Notes under the pieces: model-generated
What the model was told of the DNA's origin: nothing
The model's database searches: none
What the model saw: the letters and a program-made list of their open reading frames with translations, nothing else
Origin: Cystobasidiomycetes sp. EMM_F5
Lineage: Eukaryota
Length of the DNA: 38,750 nucleotides
Direction: 5' to 3'
Assembly: GCA_051047955.1 (NCBI GenBank)
Contig: JBPGPT010000004.1
Coordinates: forward strand, 744,001 to 782,750
Part shown: piece by piece, positions 1 to 11,533 of the stretch
Numbering within the stretch: position 1 is the first letter of the stretch
How the letters are laid out: each line of letters begins with the position of its first letter
Translations under genes and position numbers: made by a program

Positions 1-50
1 AGTCGAGTATAGATCGACTAGCTGATCGCTACAGTCTTTCTCAGGCCTAC

Positions 51-505
51 CTTGTTCCGGTAGAAGAACATGACAGTCACGGCATCGTACAGTTCGTACA
101 TCTGCAAGGGGACACACCTTCAGATTCTCCAGACCTCGGCTGTATGTTTCCCTCAATTCACCTTTGTAAAGTCTGGAACTTCGGTAATATCCACCTTCCA
201 GATGATTGCAAAATTCTTAACCTTTTCAGTGACCTTGCGCAGAGTCTCGTCCATGACCATACATTGAGGGTCCTGGGTACGACGGCGAGTCAGCGATTCA
301 AGTATACGTCCGTCTGGCCCGTCCAAATCGCAAATTACTCACGTAATCATGCCCAAACCGAATCACAACCACTCTGTCCTCCTCTGCGAGAATGGCTTCT
401 GCAATTGCGTGTAACGTCAGTTTTCCAGTTTGGATGCGTAGTGGCGCTTGGATGCTCACGGTCGACGTGCCATCCGGACTTGAGACTTGGGAGAAAGTAC
501 GACAT
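51..505 (-). CDS. DIB1: U5 snRNP thioredoxin-like protein Dib1/Dim1 (TXNL4A); 3' end runs off the window
   Basis: Four spliced exons give MSYFLPSLKSGWHVDQ-AILAEEDRVVVIRFGHDY-DPQCMVMDETLRKVTEKVKNFAIIWKVDITEVPDFTK-MYELYDAVTVMFFYRNK, closely matching the Dim1 consensus. Introns are GT-AG. Confidence 0.96.
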
Positions 506-924
506 AATGGACCAGACAGAATCTCAGGATTGAGTGAGTGTCGGTGTAAAGTCAAGCTGCATTGCCAGACTTGTGGAAATGTAAAGTCCAGACTCGATCA
601 TTATCAATGGATATTCGAAAGCTTGTTCATTTAACGTAGGTTTACTTCACTCCTTCTGCACTTCCCAGCATGTCAGAAGCAGCCAAGCTCAATGCAGTCG
701 GAATGGCTGTACAGACTGACCGGCTAGTCAGGCCACAGCAAGCATGGAACAGTTCCGTCGGACTGGACCACAACCGCTAATAGCGATAATTGAATGAAAT
801 GCACAGCCATCTACTGACAGACCGCATCCGCGACAACTCTATTGCGTGTCTAATTGACACCGTGCATACCGTTTACGAGCTAAATCACTGACCAAGTCTC
901 GGCATCGCGACGGCCTCCTGAGAG

Positions 925-1821
925 ATGGATACGCAAATGAGCGAATCGCCTCACATCGCTCCAGCGGTCACAGCTGCGTTAGGCTCGCCAGCTGGTGGCT
1001 CATTACTCTCAAAAGCTGTATGCTCTATTGTGAACCGCGAGGACGCTGCTGCTTCCCCGGCAGAAGCAAAGCCATCTCTGCATACGTGTACCGCATCGGC
1101 TTGTGTCAAAGATGCAGATTGTGCCATCATTGACAGCCGAAAGCATTGGAGGTATGGGCCTCTGTCGCTTCAACGAGGACATGCTGCTCCGCGGCTTGGT
1201 CGAATCCTCAAGTCGCAGACAAGCACACACAGTCGGCAATCAGCATCATCCGCACCGCTACATTTTGTGCGATTGACGAATGCCGCTTCGAACACTCTTT
1301 CATACGCTTCTCTGAAGCCTGTGTTACCCGAGCCAAAGGCCGTCAAGGTCCCGATGCGACTTGAAAAGATTCCCATAAAGACTCGTTCACCTCAACTGAC
1401 GGCTACTGCCGGTAAGCCTCGATGTCCTTTCCGTCGTCTATCAGACAGACGCTGAAGATGCTAGTGCAACTCAGTATCGAGTCTACACAAGCGTATACCG
1501 GGGTGTGCAGGCGCGATCACAGACCCTCACGGACTGGACTTTAGTGTGCTTAATAAAACACTAGCTTGGCTGGACGTACTTGAAGAACAATTAGCCTATT
1601 ACAGGAAATCTCACGCAGCAAGTAGAGAAATTGCAAACGAGCGTCGAAAGATGTTGCAAGGACTGTTGAGACTAAGTGAGCTTCCTAATCACTGCGCGTC
1701 TAAATGTCATGTCGCTGATGCCGTGATAGGTCAGAAGAAGGGTCTGCTAAGCGCTCGGCAGGAAGCATCCGCAGTGGCCCTACTCGAAGAGCAGGAGATG
1801 GCGATGGCCTATGACGCGTGA
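925..1821 (+). CDS. Hypothetical protein with Ser/Ala/Pro-rich N-terminus and predicted helical C-terminus
   Basis: Phase-consistent model: exons 925-1411, 1465-1492 and 1545-1821, with a possible in-frame intron at 1676-1729. Donors GTAAGC and GTATAC, TAG acceptors. No recognisable family. Confidence 0.5.
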
Positions 1822-2075
1822 AAATTGCAGAGATCCAGCAGCATTGTTCGGATGTATGCAGCAGCGAACTCAGAATGGACCCTGCCTGGCTGTCAGGTCG
1901 GTATCAATAGATCGATACAAACCTTTTGCCCTGTCGTGACAACGCGTTACCGCAGCATTGACTTTCGTGTACACAGCTCAGAGACGTCAAGCAGTACGAT
2001 GCGGGGCAGACTGTCTATAAATGTTTCGATTTCGTTCGCTCCATTTGCCGATTGCACCGTCAACACGAGTGAAAT

Positions 2076-2876
2076 TTACTTGCCACGGGACACCTTCTCC
2101 AAGACTGTTGAGTAATCGTCAGACGGACCTTTAGCCATTCTACATTATCATGAACGCACCAGTCTCGTGAGCAACCTCGGAGAGATCGGTACCTTGAATG
2201 TCTGTGCTGACACCGACAAGCATACGTCTCAGTGCGTCTTTGGATGAGGCGTACACCATTCTGGCCTTGGTTGGCGCATTCTCGGGAGCCCTGTGCACGG
2301 AGGGAAAAAGGAACGATGGCGAGCAGGGTAACGGGGAATGGTACGTCACGAATGCACAGATGCGTCAGAAACGGACATCAAGCCATACGAAGTGTATTCG
2401 ACTCACCAGAAGTAGAAGCAGACCTTGTTTCGGTCACCTTCACCCTTGTTGTACTGGAAATCGTATACTGCGAATCTGCAATCGTTTTCGGGGAGGTCTT
2501 CAATGAACTCGTCGTATTCCTTTGCCTCGGAGGTCTTGAGCACCACAATCTCCTTTGGCTTTGCAATATTATCGATCGAGTAGACGATGTACTTGATCTC
2601 TGCCGGCTCTCGCATCAGCATTGCTCCATCGCCCAGGCATGACGCTCGACCCAGCCAGCCCGCCTCGTTTCAAGAAGACGAGCCCAGGCGGTGAGCCCTT
2701 CGAGCGAGCTATATCCCCACTCACTCTTGCCCAGCTTGAGCTCCTGGAACTTGTCTATGCACTCCGAGTTTACTCCAATGCCCGATGACTGCGTTTAATA
2801 TCAGGATCCCGAGTGAGCATTATTGGATCCAAAATGGACGGTGAGACCAGGCCAAGCGGGCTGCAGCACCCACCAT
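2076..2876 (-). CDS. COF1: Cofilin / actin-depolymerizing factor
   Basis: ATG-only first exon (2874-2876), then [29 protein letters not shown]...[73 protein letters not shown] and VLEKVSRGK*. Confidence 0.96.
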
Positions 2877-3087
2877 GTTGATTGAGCTGCTTGTAGTGAC
2901 GGAGGAGTCGGGTAATGTGTCTTGTTGCTGTCGGATGCGAGTTGTGCTTGTCGTTTGCAGCGCCCACGGGAAGTAGGCTGCCTGGTTTCCCCCGGGTGGG
3001 CTTCGAAGACTTGAACGAAATATCACCTCAAATAAGGACATCGGATTCCGTCCTTTTCGACCTTACGACGCTGCACTCACTCCCAAC

Positions 3088-4111
3088 ATGCCCTTCCAGA
3101 AGACACTGACCCTCGCACGCAGAAGCAAAGGGTGTGCTACTTGCTCACCGATGACGCAGAGTCATTCAGTATCGTGGATTATATGCTGATGCAAACTGAC
3201 CGGACAGCGTGCATCTCGTCACTAATGAAATTGTAGACTCCATCAAAGAGGGTCTGCAAGGTGTTGATGTCGGTGGGTATCGGCGACGCTTTATTCCTAC
3301 TCACATAATTCTGATATTACAACCTACAGGCATCGCCCATTTCTTCATTCAGCATACATCAGCAGCTCTTTCCATCAACGAGAATGTACGGTCATAAATA
3401 GTCATATTGCTTCATCGTGCTAAGTTCCGTTTCTCCATGGCAGTACGACCCAGAGTGAGTATTAACGGAGCATACAGTACAAGAGTTGGCTGGGACTACG
3501 ACTGACTCGCTATCCAGCGTGAGGAAAGACATGGACATGGTACCTGCAGATATATCTTGCGACAGGTGCCATCTACTGACCTTTGCCGCGACAGGCGCTG
3601 GACCACATTGTTCCTGAAACGCTAAAATGGTAACCACAGCATTAGACATCGACACTCTGATCGTACTGATATTAAATTTGCCTACAGGAAGCACACCGAC
3701 GAAGGTGGGTTACACCGGCGGCTTATCTCGCCTTTGCAAGGAAGGCTAAAATCCGTTATTAAACAGGACCAGACGATTCAGCATCGCATACAAAATCTTC
3801 CTTAATTGGCGCCTCTGTCTGTATGTCGTATTGTTTGATGTGAGACCGTGACGGTCTGACTTGTGCATGCGATGACTCTTCAGCTGTGCCGATAAGTACG
3901 CAGGGCAGGGGAACAAGAAATGTACTGAACACTGATGCGCTCCTTCCCCTCAGCCAAAGGGAAACTCAATCTCGGTACCTGGCAAGGTGAGTATTCCTGC
4001 CAATCTGCTTTGAACTGTGTTGAAGACTGTCGTCGCATGCTAGGCATCTATCTCACCGAATTTCGCTACCAACCGCATTCGCGGAGAGTCGTCTGTACCA
4101 TTCTGCCGTAG
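3088..4111 (+). CDS. YjbQ/UPF0047 family protein (11 exons)
   Basis: Spliced product MPFQKTLTLARRSKGVHLVTNEIV...[102 protein letters not shown]. It carries the family motifs HTS-x4-NEN-x-DPDV, H-x2-EGPDD-x3-H-x-K and LGTWQGI. All 10 introns are GT-AG and phase-consistent. Confidence 0.93.
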
Positions 4112-4260
4112 ATTGTTGTCAGGCATATCCTGCCGTTCTTTGCAACACTTCAGTTAAAACTAGAAAGTCTTGTCATGCCTTGCTAGCTTTACCGGTAACT
4201 TCGTTGCACTCTCTCTTTCAACCATCTTGACCGGTCTTGTTCGCCCGCTGTGCGATTTTC

Positions 4261-5330
4261 ATGGGATCCACTTTCGGCCATGACGATGCTCTGGCCGTCC
4301 AAAAGCTAGCGCACAGCGATACTCCGCTCGGCCGTCGAGTGCTGAGCGCACTACAGATTATCGACCAGGCCATATTGCGGTATGGCGACGCGCTGGCCAT
4401 CAGCTTCAAGTGAGACAAGATCAAAGCAATGATGCCGCACGAAGAGCTTCGTACTGACGGTTTGGCTTCATTTGCATTGTCTTCGCTGCAGCGGCGGTAA
4501 AGATGGTGCGGAAATCGGGATATGATTGATATCTGCAGGCTGACACGCTACTTCTTTGTTGAAGCTACCGTACTGTTACATCTCTACTTAGCTGGCTTGC
4601 ACCTGTCGTCATCCAGAGACCGAGCGTTCGCCAGTGGATCCGTTGATGCTGCAGCATCCTCGTCATCGCCTCAAGCCGGCAAGAACAGCATTTCGAACGG
4701 TGCCTCAACAGACTCTACTGCAGTCACGCAAGCCACTGGAGTGTATGTTCAATGTCAGTCCCCATTTCCGCAAGTCGAAGACTTTGTCGAAGAAGCTACG
4801 AAGAAATACCAGGTTGAGCTAGAGGTGGTCAACGCGCCGATGAAGGAGGCGCTCAAGATATACAAAGCGAGACGGGAGAGCTCTGCCAGGCCCGTGGAAG
4901 CGGTCTTGGTAGGGACGAGGGTTGGAGACCCCTTTGCAGGTACGCCGACAGTGGCCTGGGCAACGTACGACGGCTCTCATAAGTCTTTGCTGCAGAGATG
5001 TTACAGACATTCACAATGACGGACGGAGGCTGGCCTCAACTTATGCGTGTGCACCCGATACTGGACTGGACGTACGATGATATTTGGCTATTCTTGCGAA
5101 GCAGCGGACTGGATATTTCTTGGTGCAAGCTGTACGATTACGGGTATACCTCCTTAGGATCGACATTCAACACTATACCGAATCCACGGCTACGAGATGC
5201 AAGCCGGTCGACAGGCTGGAAACCTGCTTGGGAGCTGGATGATCCGAGTACCGAAAGGGCAGGCCGGCCAGCCGGTCCAATCCCAAAAGAGGTAGCCCAG
5301 CCCCTCACAAAGCCGCATAGTAGGACGTGA
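4261..5330 (+). CDS. FAD1: FAD synthase (FMN adenylyltransferase, PAPS-reductase fold)
   Basis: Spliced SFNGGKD motif (micro-exon 4492-4505), VLVGTRVGDP, TDGGWPQLMRVHPILDWTYDDIW, LYDYGYTSLG and terminal ERAGR, all hallmarks of the Fad1 family. Confidence 0.93.
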
Positions 5331-5566
5331 TCCACCCTCATCTCTTTGTTGCTGGTCACAAGGCGGTCGTTAAAAGTGTAGTCTCGCAATATGCAATATC
5401 GAACGGAAGAAACGACGATACGTATTGCCGGTCGGTATGCGAAAGAACAGCTTGCTTCACTACACAACAGAATGTCACAGGTTGACTAGCTGCAGAACGC
5501 AGCACGCTAGCTGCGAATTATATGATACTTCTACTTGATGTCTAGGTCAAACTGCAGTGCATGTGT

Positions 5567-7990
5567 TCACTCCCGTGAAACATCCCTGGCGAAACGAAGC
5601 CAAGTCAGCTCGGTGAAGCCACCCGGCGAAGCAAATCAGCCCACCGTCCAAAGACTTTGACTTTGATCCAGTCGAGGATGACCAAGCTCCGGTTACGCAG
5701 TGAAAATAAGTTTGATATGTAAGCGGACCGCCAGAAGAGGAAAGTCGCAGCGCCGCCTGAAGCGACGTTGCCGTTGAAGAAGGGAATATCGGCGATGGCT
5801 GAGGTGTCGAAACACACGTCAGAATGGATTGTATTTAGGTATCATAGGAAATACTAATCACCTCGGTCGGATCCGATATAAGCCAGACTGCCTTGGTGTG
5901 AGTAGTTGAATGGGCGCAGCGTTGCAACGCGGTTGTATTGCTTGACGAGGTGCTCGACGTCTACGTAAAGCTCGGAAGAGCTGCCCACGGTCCGTGTTTG
6001 CCTAGCTGCAGTAATAGCCTCTTCCAATTCCTCCTTCTTTGCCAATTGATTGAAGATTCGAGCCAAGTATTTACCTTGCTGCGATGCTACTTGTGCAGTG
6101 GGAGAATAGCTTGTGGCAGTCGCATCTCCGCAAGCAAAGACATCATCCGTGCCAGCTACCTTGAGGCGCTCATCGACGACCAAGCCACGTCGCTGATTCT
6201 GCACTTGGCTACCAATCTGTTCCATCACTTTGCGCGTAATCGGTCGGGAGGTGTTGCCCGTCACCCAAACCAACAAGCCGTAAGGAATACTGCATGTAAT
6301 GCTCAGCCCATTATATCCGCAAGTCCATCCGAGTCTGACCTACTCAATCAAGTTCTTCTTGTCGTCCTGTGCAATAATTGTCTTTTCGGTGACTTCCTTG
6401 ACCATCGTACGAGTCAAAACATCAATTTTATTCTCCTTGAAAGTGGCAGAAGTATAGTCACTGTACAAGCAGATTATCAGTTTGGGATATCGATGTAAGG
6501 GGTCGATGGACATACATGAGCTGTTTGGAAAACATGGGAAGCACATTTGGGAGAGCTTCAACCAAGGTAATCCTGATCTTGTCGGAAATGTCCGGGTACC
6601 ATGTCGCGAGGTCGTCCTTGAGGAAATCGTGGAGTTCCGCCGCAAACTCCACTCCACTTGGTCCACCGCCGACAACGACCATGTGCAATAAGCGAGCCTG
6701 CTCTTCAGGAGTTTGACCACGGAACGAAGCCGTCTCTACGCAGTCCATCAATCTTGTTCTGATCTTCTCAGCATCCCAGGCTTCCTTCAAGAAGCAAGCG
6801 TGCTCTTGTACCCCCTTGATACCAAAAGTCTGGTTTGCCGCTCCGACATTCATGACGAGGTAATCGTACGGAATGACTTGGGTCGCTACTTCTCCCTTGA
6901 TGTCCGAGTTGTCCGTCACAGTCACTGTTCGATTCTTGAGGTCAACATCGGTCGCTTCGCCTTCGCAAAAGTGTACTTCGCGGGTCTTGTGACGGGTTAT
7001 GAAGCGAGTTGGCTCGATGATGGACCGTGATTCGAGAGTTCCGACAGTAACGGATGGCAGAAGAGGCGTAAACAGGAAATAGTTGCGGGGCGAGATGACA
7101 GTCTGGTAGATGTAGGCTAGTCAGTACGCATGGCGCGACTCGTATGCACAGGATATCGACGTACGACATTGTAATTCTCGGTATCAATGCCTTTGAGCAG
7201 ACTTGTCGACGCCCAACCGTTGCCGAGGACGATAAGGTTCTTCTTGGCTGGGTCGTGTGGCAGTTGCACTCGAGGGTGCCTATCAATGTAGCCGCCTAGT
7301 AGACGATGAATTTAGCATATTTGGGAGATGGGAGCTGTCGAGATGTGACTTACGGTACAAGATGTAGGAACCCGTTCCGAGAACGATGGCAAGAATAGTT
7401 CTCGCGAATCTGACTACCCACTTTCTCGTGCGACTCCTTTTTGGTCTCTCGATAATGATACCCTGATCGTTTGCAAAGTTTCCTCCCCCGCTCGGTGTGC
7501 TCTGTCCCGCATTCACGGGCTGCACGATACCTACGCTTGGATGCGAAGAAACTCCTGCGGACGTGATGTGGGAGGCATGGGGCAGGCCTGGGTGTGACGG
7601 CGGGATTGTCGCTGCAGATGGGCCAGCTGCGATACTGCTATCAGATGACGGCACGACGCCAGCAGGTCGGGCATCGATGGGTTCCGCTGGCCCAGAAGTG
7701 GCTCCGACGTCGCGGGAAGTAGCGTAGTTTCTCTTCTGAGTGCGGGCGTGCTCTGCCTTGAATGGTCCAGAGAGATATGCGATATTTCTCAACGATGACG
7801 GAGATTGAGGGGTCGCTCTGGAAGACTTGAACAAGACGAGGCCAGACTGCGAGGGCAGCGAGCAGCTAGTCCGCGAGGCTGAGCATATATAAAAGTCAGC
7901 GTCATGGCTGGCTGTGGACTGTCTTTTGAACTCCAGCTCACCGCGTAGCCCGACCATGGCAGCCCTGGAAGCCAGCATGGTGTAGGCCAT
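5567..7990 (-). CDS. NDE1: Mitochondrial alternative (type II) NADH:ubiquinone oxidoreductase, Nde1/Ndi1 family
   Basis: Arg/Ser-rich presequence-like N-terminus and one TM segment, then VLGNGWAS, SPRNYFLFTPLLPS, YDYLV-x2-VGA, TFGIKGV, VVVGGGPSGVEFAAEL, TAQVASQQGKYLAR, PFNYSHQGSLAYIG, WRSAY and FGRDVSRE*. The Glu in ITLVEALP suggests NADH preference. Start may be 7990 or 7978. Confidence 0.94.
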
Positions 7991-8290
7991 TGTTAACGGC
8001 CACTCGCGCAGCTGCACTGGCGACGGTCAATATGATTTGCTGTAAAGATATCCCAATGCCCACTTGGTGTAAAAGCAAGAGCCATCAAATCTCCAATCTT
8101 TATCGACGACGTCAAACGCGTAAAATTTGAAGAAAAACATCGAGAGCTAGACTGAAGGAGCATCTAGACACTACAAAGTGTTGTTGGAATGCTATACCCA
8201 CACATCAAGCCTAATCGATGAACAATCTTGATGGGCTGAAAATAAACCGAAATCAAGCTGAAGCTGAAGCTAAAGCACGCTCCAGTAGAC

Positions 8291-9390
8291 TTAGTCCGCC
8301 TCCATGCCGTCGTCTCCATGCTGCTCGTCTCTGTCGCTGTCCTGCTGCGCACCCGCTCTCAACGCCTCCAAGCCCATCTCACGTTCCCCATTCACCCCGC
8401 TCTGCGTTCTCCAAATACTATCCGGTCTCGCATTCTTGCTCGTAAACAAGTCTGCTCCACCCGAGATGGTAGAGATGAGGACTTGCAGCCTATTCTGCGT
8501 CAGATCCTTGCCCTCCTTTTTCCGAATCTCATCGAGGGACGACCCGAATCTGCCAACCATGCGAGAAACGTAGTGCTTCCTCCAATCTGCAAATGCCGCC
8601 TCCTCCCTCGCATCAATCTCTTCCGTCGTTGTGGCTGCCGTGGCTGATCTGTCGGTCGGCAGTAAACCCCATAGGATCGGTTGGCCAGCTGCAATACGTT
8701 GCGCTTTAGCTTGTGCCTCGGCGTCAATCCCGAATGTAAGAAAGGGCGGAGACGGTTCACGGACGGGTGAAGGTCGTCGTTCTCGTTGTTGTGGTATTTG
8801 CGACTGTGTTTGCAAATGTTTGTCGGATGTGTCGAAAAAAGATGCAGAATCTGCACCGTTGGCTAGACGGGAAGAAACTTCTCCGGCATCATTTCCGTTG
8901 CGCAATGACTGCTGCTGTTGCTGTTGACCACCTTTCCTCCGTCCCTTGCGAGCGGTAGACTCGTCACTCGATGTCGACAGAAACGACGAAGACGAAGCGT
9001 CACTACTGCTCGATGCGTCTGAGTCGTCTGACGAGTCCGAGCCGTCGTCTTTTAGCGTCAGAGCAGGATTGGGTGCCGAAGTAACATTCTGTTTGCCGTT
9101 CGGTAAGGGTTTGGAAGGAATATTTGCTGTCGATGTGCTAGCTATTGGCTGTTCAGAGCATGGGTAAGCCTCGACTCAAGCCATTGTGAAGCTGTACCAT
9201 CACTCACTCCTTCTTCGTCACTATCCTCATCACTGCTATCGCTGCTCAGATCCAACTCCTGCTTTCCTTTACCACCTCGTCGTTTCCTGCTCCGAGTACG
9301 CTTTCGCTTTGCTTTTGGCTGGCCGTTTGGATTTAGCGTACCGTCAGCGCTACTCTTGGACGTGGATGCAGTAGCAGAGGCAGCGGGCAT
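8291..9390 (-). CDS. Ribosome-assembly protein 3 (Rsa3)-like nucleolar protein
   Basis: Basic NLS-like tract (KAKRKRTRSRKRR) and acidic Ser/Asp tracts, with one GT-AG intron near 9149-9207. The C-terminal WRKHYVSRMVGRFGSSLDEIRKKEGKDLTQNRLQVLISTISGGADLF resembles the Rsa3 C-terminal domain. Confidence 0.7.
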
Positions 9391-9694
9391 GTTTGAGTGA
9401 GTTGGCAAAAGAGAGACCATGACTACAGATTTCTAGACGAAACATAGTCATCACCCTGCAACAGCCCAAGCATTGTAATAGATGCGGAGAATGGTATTGC
9501 ATTTGGGTTTGAATGGCATTGCCCAAAAGAAAGTCATTACAAGCTTGCGCATATGACAACAGGCTGAAGCGTGGCTTAGCCACAACTCGAAATGATGTCA
9601 GGTGCACATGTAGAAGGCTGGAAGCGGCCTAGCCATGACCACAGATGCATACCAACATGGAAAGCTTGATTCGGGATGCTCGTCCCTTGATTCT

Positions 9695-10253
9695 TTAGGC
9701 CTTGGTCTCCTCATCGACCCGGCCGCTGCAGCACGAGTTTGGTGCCTCCTTGACCTTGTCGACCGACGCCTGACCGCAGTTGCAGCATTCACAAGAGCAC
9801 TTGTCATCACAGGTGCATACGGCAGCCTTGTCGGTGCTGTGGAACAGAATTTGAAGACAGAGCACAAATGATGTGAACAGGAATGAGATGAGCAATTGGC
9901 GATATAAGGGCATGCATCAGTCTATCGTTGGTGTAGAACAATTCCAATCCAAACCCACCTCTGCTGGCAGTTGCAGGTCGAGGAACCCTCTTTGCGACCG
10001 CCACAGCACGACTTTGGCGCATTTTCGACCTGGGAGACTGGGGCCGTCTTGCACGAGCAACCGTCGCAGGTGCACGATGCTCCACAGGTGCATGCGTTGG
10101 CCTTTCCGGAGCTGCGGTGCGAATTGTGAGATGCGGTTTACGATGACGATGAGCCCAATGCGCCCACTGATTCTGGCAGTCGCAGGTCTGGAGGTTGAGG
10201 AAGGATGTCAGCGTATGACTCTTACAAGGCTGCGATTTGCTGCTCACCGTCAT
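9695..10253 (-). CDS. Metallothionein with two tandem Cys-rich modules (106 aa, 21 Cys)
   Basis: Exons 10253-10248, 10187-10168, 10111-9959 and 9836-9695 (all GT-AG) give MTTCDCQNHSGKANACTCGASCTCDGCSCKTAPVSQVENAPKSCCGGRKEGSSTCNCQQSTDKAAVCTCDDKCSCECCNCGQASVDKVKEAPNSCCSGRVDEETKA*. About 20% Cys in CxC/CC motifs, no Phe/Trp/Tyr, no signal peptide. Confidence 0.9.
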
Positions 10254-10457
10254 GTTGATGTGTTTGTTGGTTGGTTGTCAGGAGAACAAGATTCAAATTG
10301 ATATCAATGTCGAGATGACAGTCAACAAACTGGGAAGTAGTAATTAGCAAGTCTCAAAAGGTTACTGAATGAATACATACATGCCAGGACTCGTCGAGAA
10401 GGAGCAATCACTGCAAGGCTATCTTCAAGAAGCCGTCGTGGACTTTACAATATAATC

Positions 10458-11315
10458 ATGACGGACAACAGCCAGCCAGACGATGACCACGACGATGGCT
10501 ACTATGCAGATGAACGCAGTGCAATGCTCGCTATCCTGGAACGCACAGTCTCAGCCCAGCTCGTTTACGAAAAGCCAGCAGTAGTCCAGCCAACGAGTGA
10601 GCTGCATCCGACAAAGAAGCAGAGAAGAGCAATGCGGAAACGAGAGGAGGGCAAGGTGGAGAATGAGCATGAAGACCAAGTCACGCACACTGCTTTTCGG
10701 CTATTTACGACTGAAGAGGGGAAAGTGCCGCTCGTAAGGCTCACGAGTCCGGAAGCAGTATACAACGGTCCAGGGAAGGGCAGAGTGCTGTAAGTGTGTC
10801 GCGGGAGTGTGATTCTGCACAAATGTTTGACATTGTCTGGTTCAGTGACGTCGCGAATGAAGATCCAGAAGTCGTCCAAGAGCGGCAGAGACGGATACAA
10901 GAGACGGCAGTCGATGCAGAGTGGATACATCTCACATCGTCGCCAGATCATTGGGCAAGTCTGCCTTTGCATTCATCAAGTAACTGACACTCATCTTTCC
11001 AGCCCAATTTTGCAGAATACTACGCACTGCGCCAATAAAGTCATTCACAAGACCCTATGCGCAGCCCACTCTACGTCCAATCGTACTTCATACTCTACTC
11101 TGCCTATCCTCGGTTTCGTAGACTGCGCAAGGATGAAGAACCGTCCTCTTGCCAGAGTGTCTGTACGAGCATACCCCAAACCCGGATGTAAACGCCTCGA
11201 TGACCGTGTTTATAAACGACGATTCGTCATGAAGCGCAATGCCAATAAACGCAATAGTAAGCGGAGGAGGGAGCACGAGAGGAAGGGGACTGCAAAGGAA
11301 CTCCCAGCGGGATGA
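10458..11315 (+). CDS. Conserved fungal hypothetical protein, DUF2011-like
   Basis: Three-exon model with an acidic segment before FRLF, a second exon RRIQETAVDAEWI...HW and a Lys/Arg-rich C-terminus, resembling the fungal DUF2011 pattern. The second intron appears to be GC-AG. Confidence 0.55.
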
Positions 11316-11533
11316 CAGCGGGCCTGGAGTCTGATGCAAAGCCATCATGCAATGGCATTCGCGGCAATTTCGCAAGGCAATCTGTATCGATGATCTTGCG
11401 CACGAATGACGAGAAGGAAGCGTGAGCACACTCGCGGCCCGCAATACGCCAGCGAAATCCCACTCGATTCGTCGGCGATGCGCTCCATTCGGAGGATGGC
11501 GCAGACTCGACAGTCATGCTCATGCATACCTTA

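Noticed and set aside
3392..3694. 100-aa minus-strand ORF
   Set aside because: It is the antisense shadow across introns and micro-exons of the YjbQ gene.
9807..10301. 148-aa (minus) and 142-aa (plus) ORFs over the metallothionein
   Set aside because: They are intron read-through into the wrong frame and an antisense shadow. The spliced Cys-rich frame explains the locus.
10254..10457. Copper- or Yap-responsive elements upstream of the metallothionein (e.g. TTAGCAA)
   Set aside because: Only partial short matches that would be expected by chance; no repeated motif could be supported.
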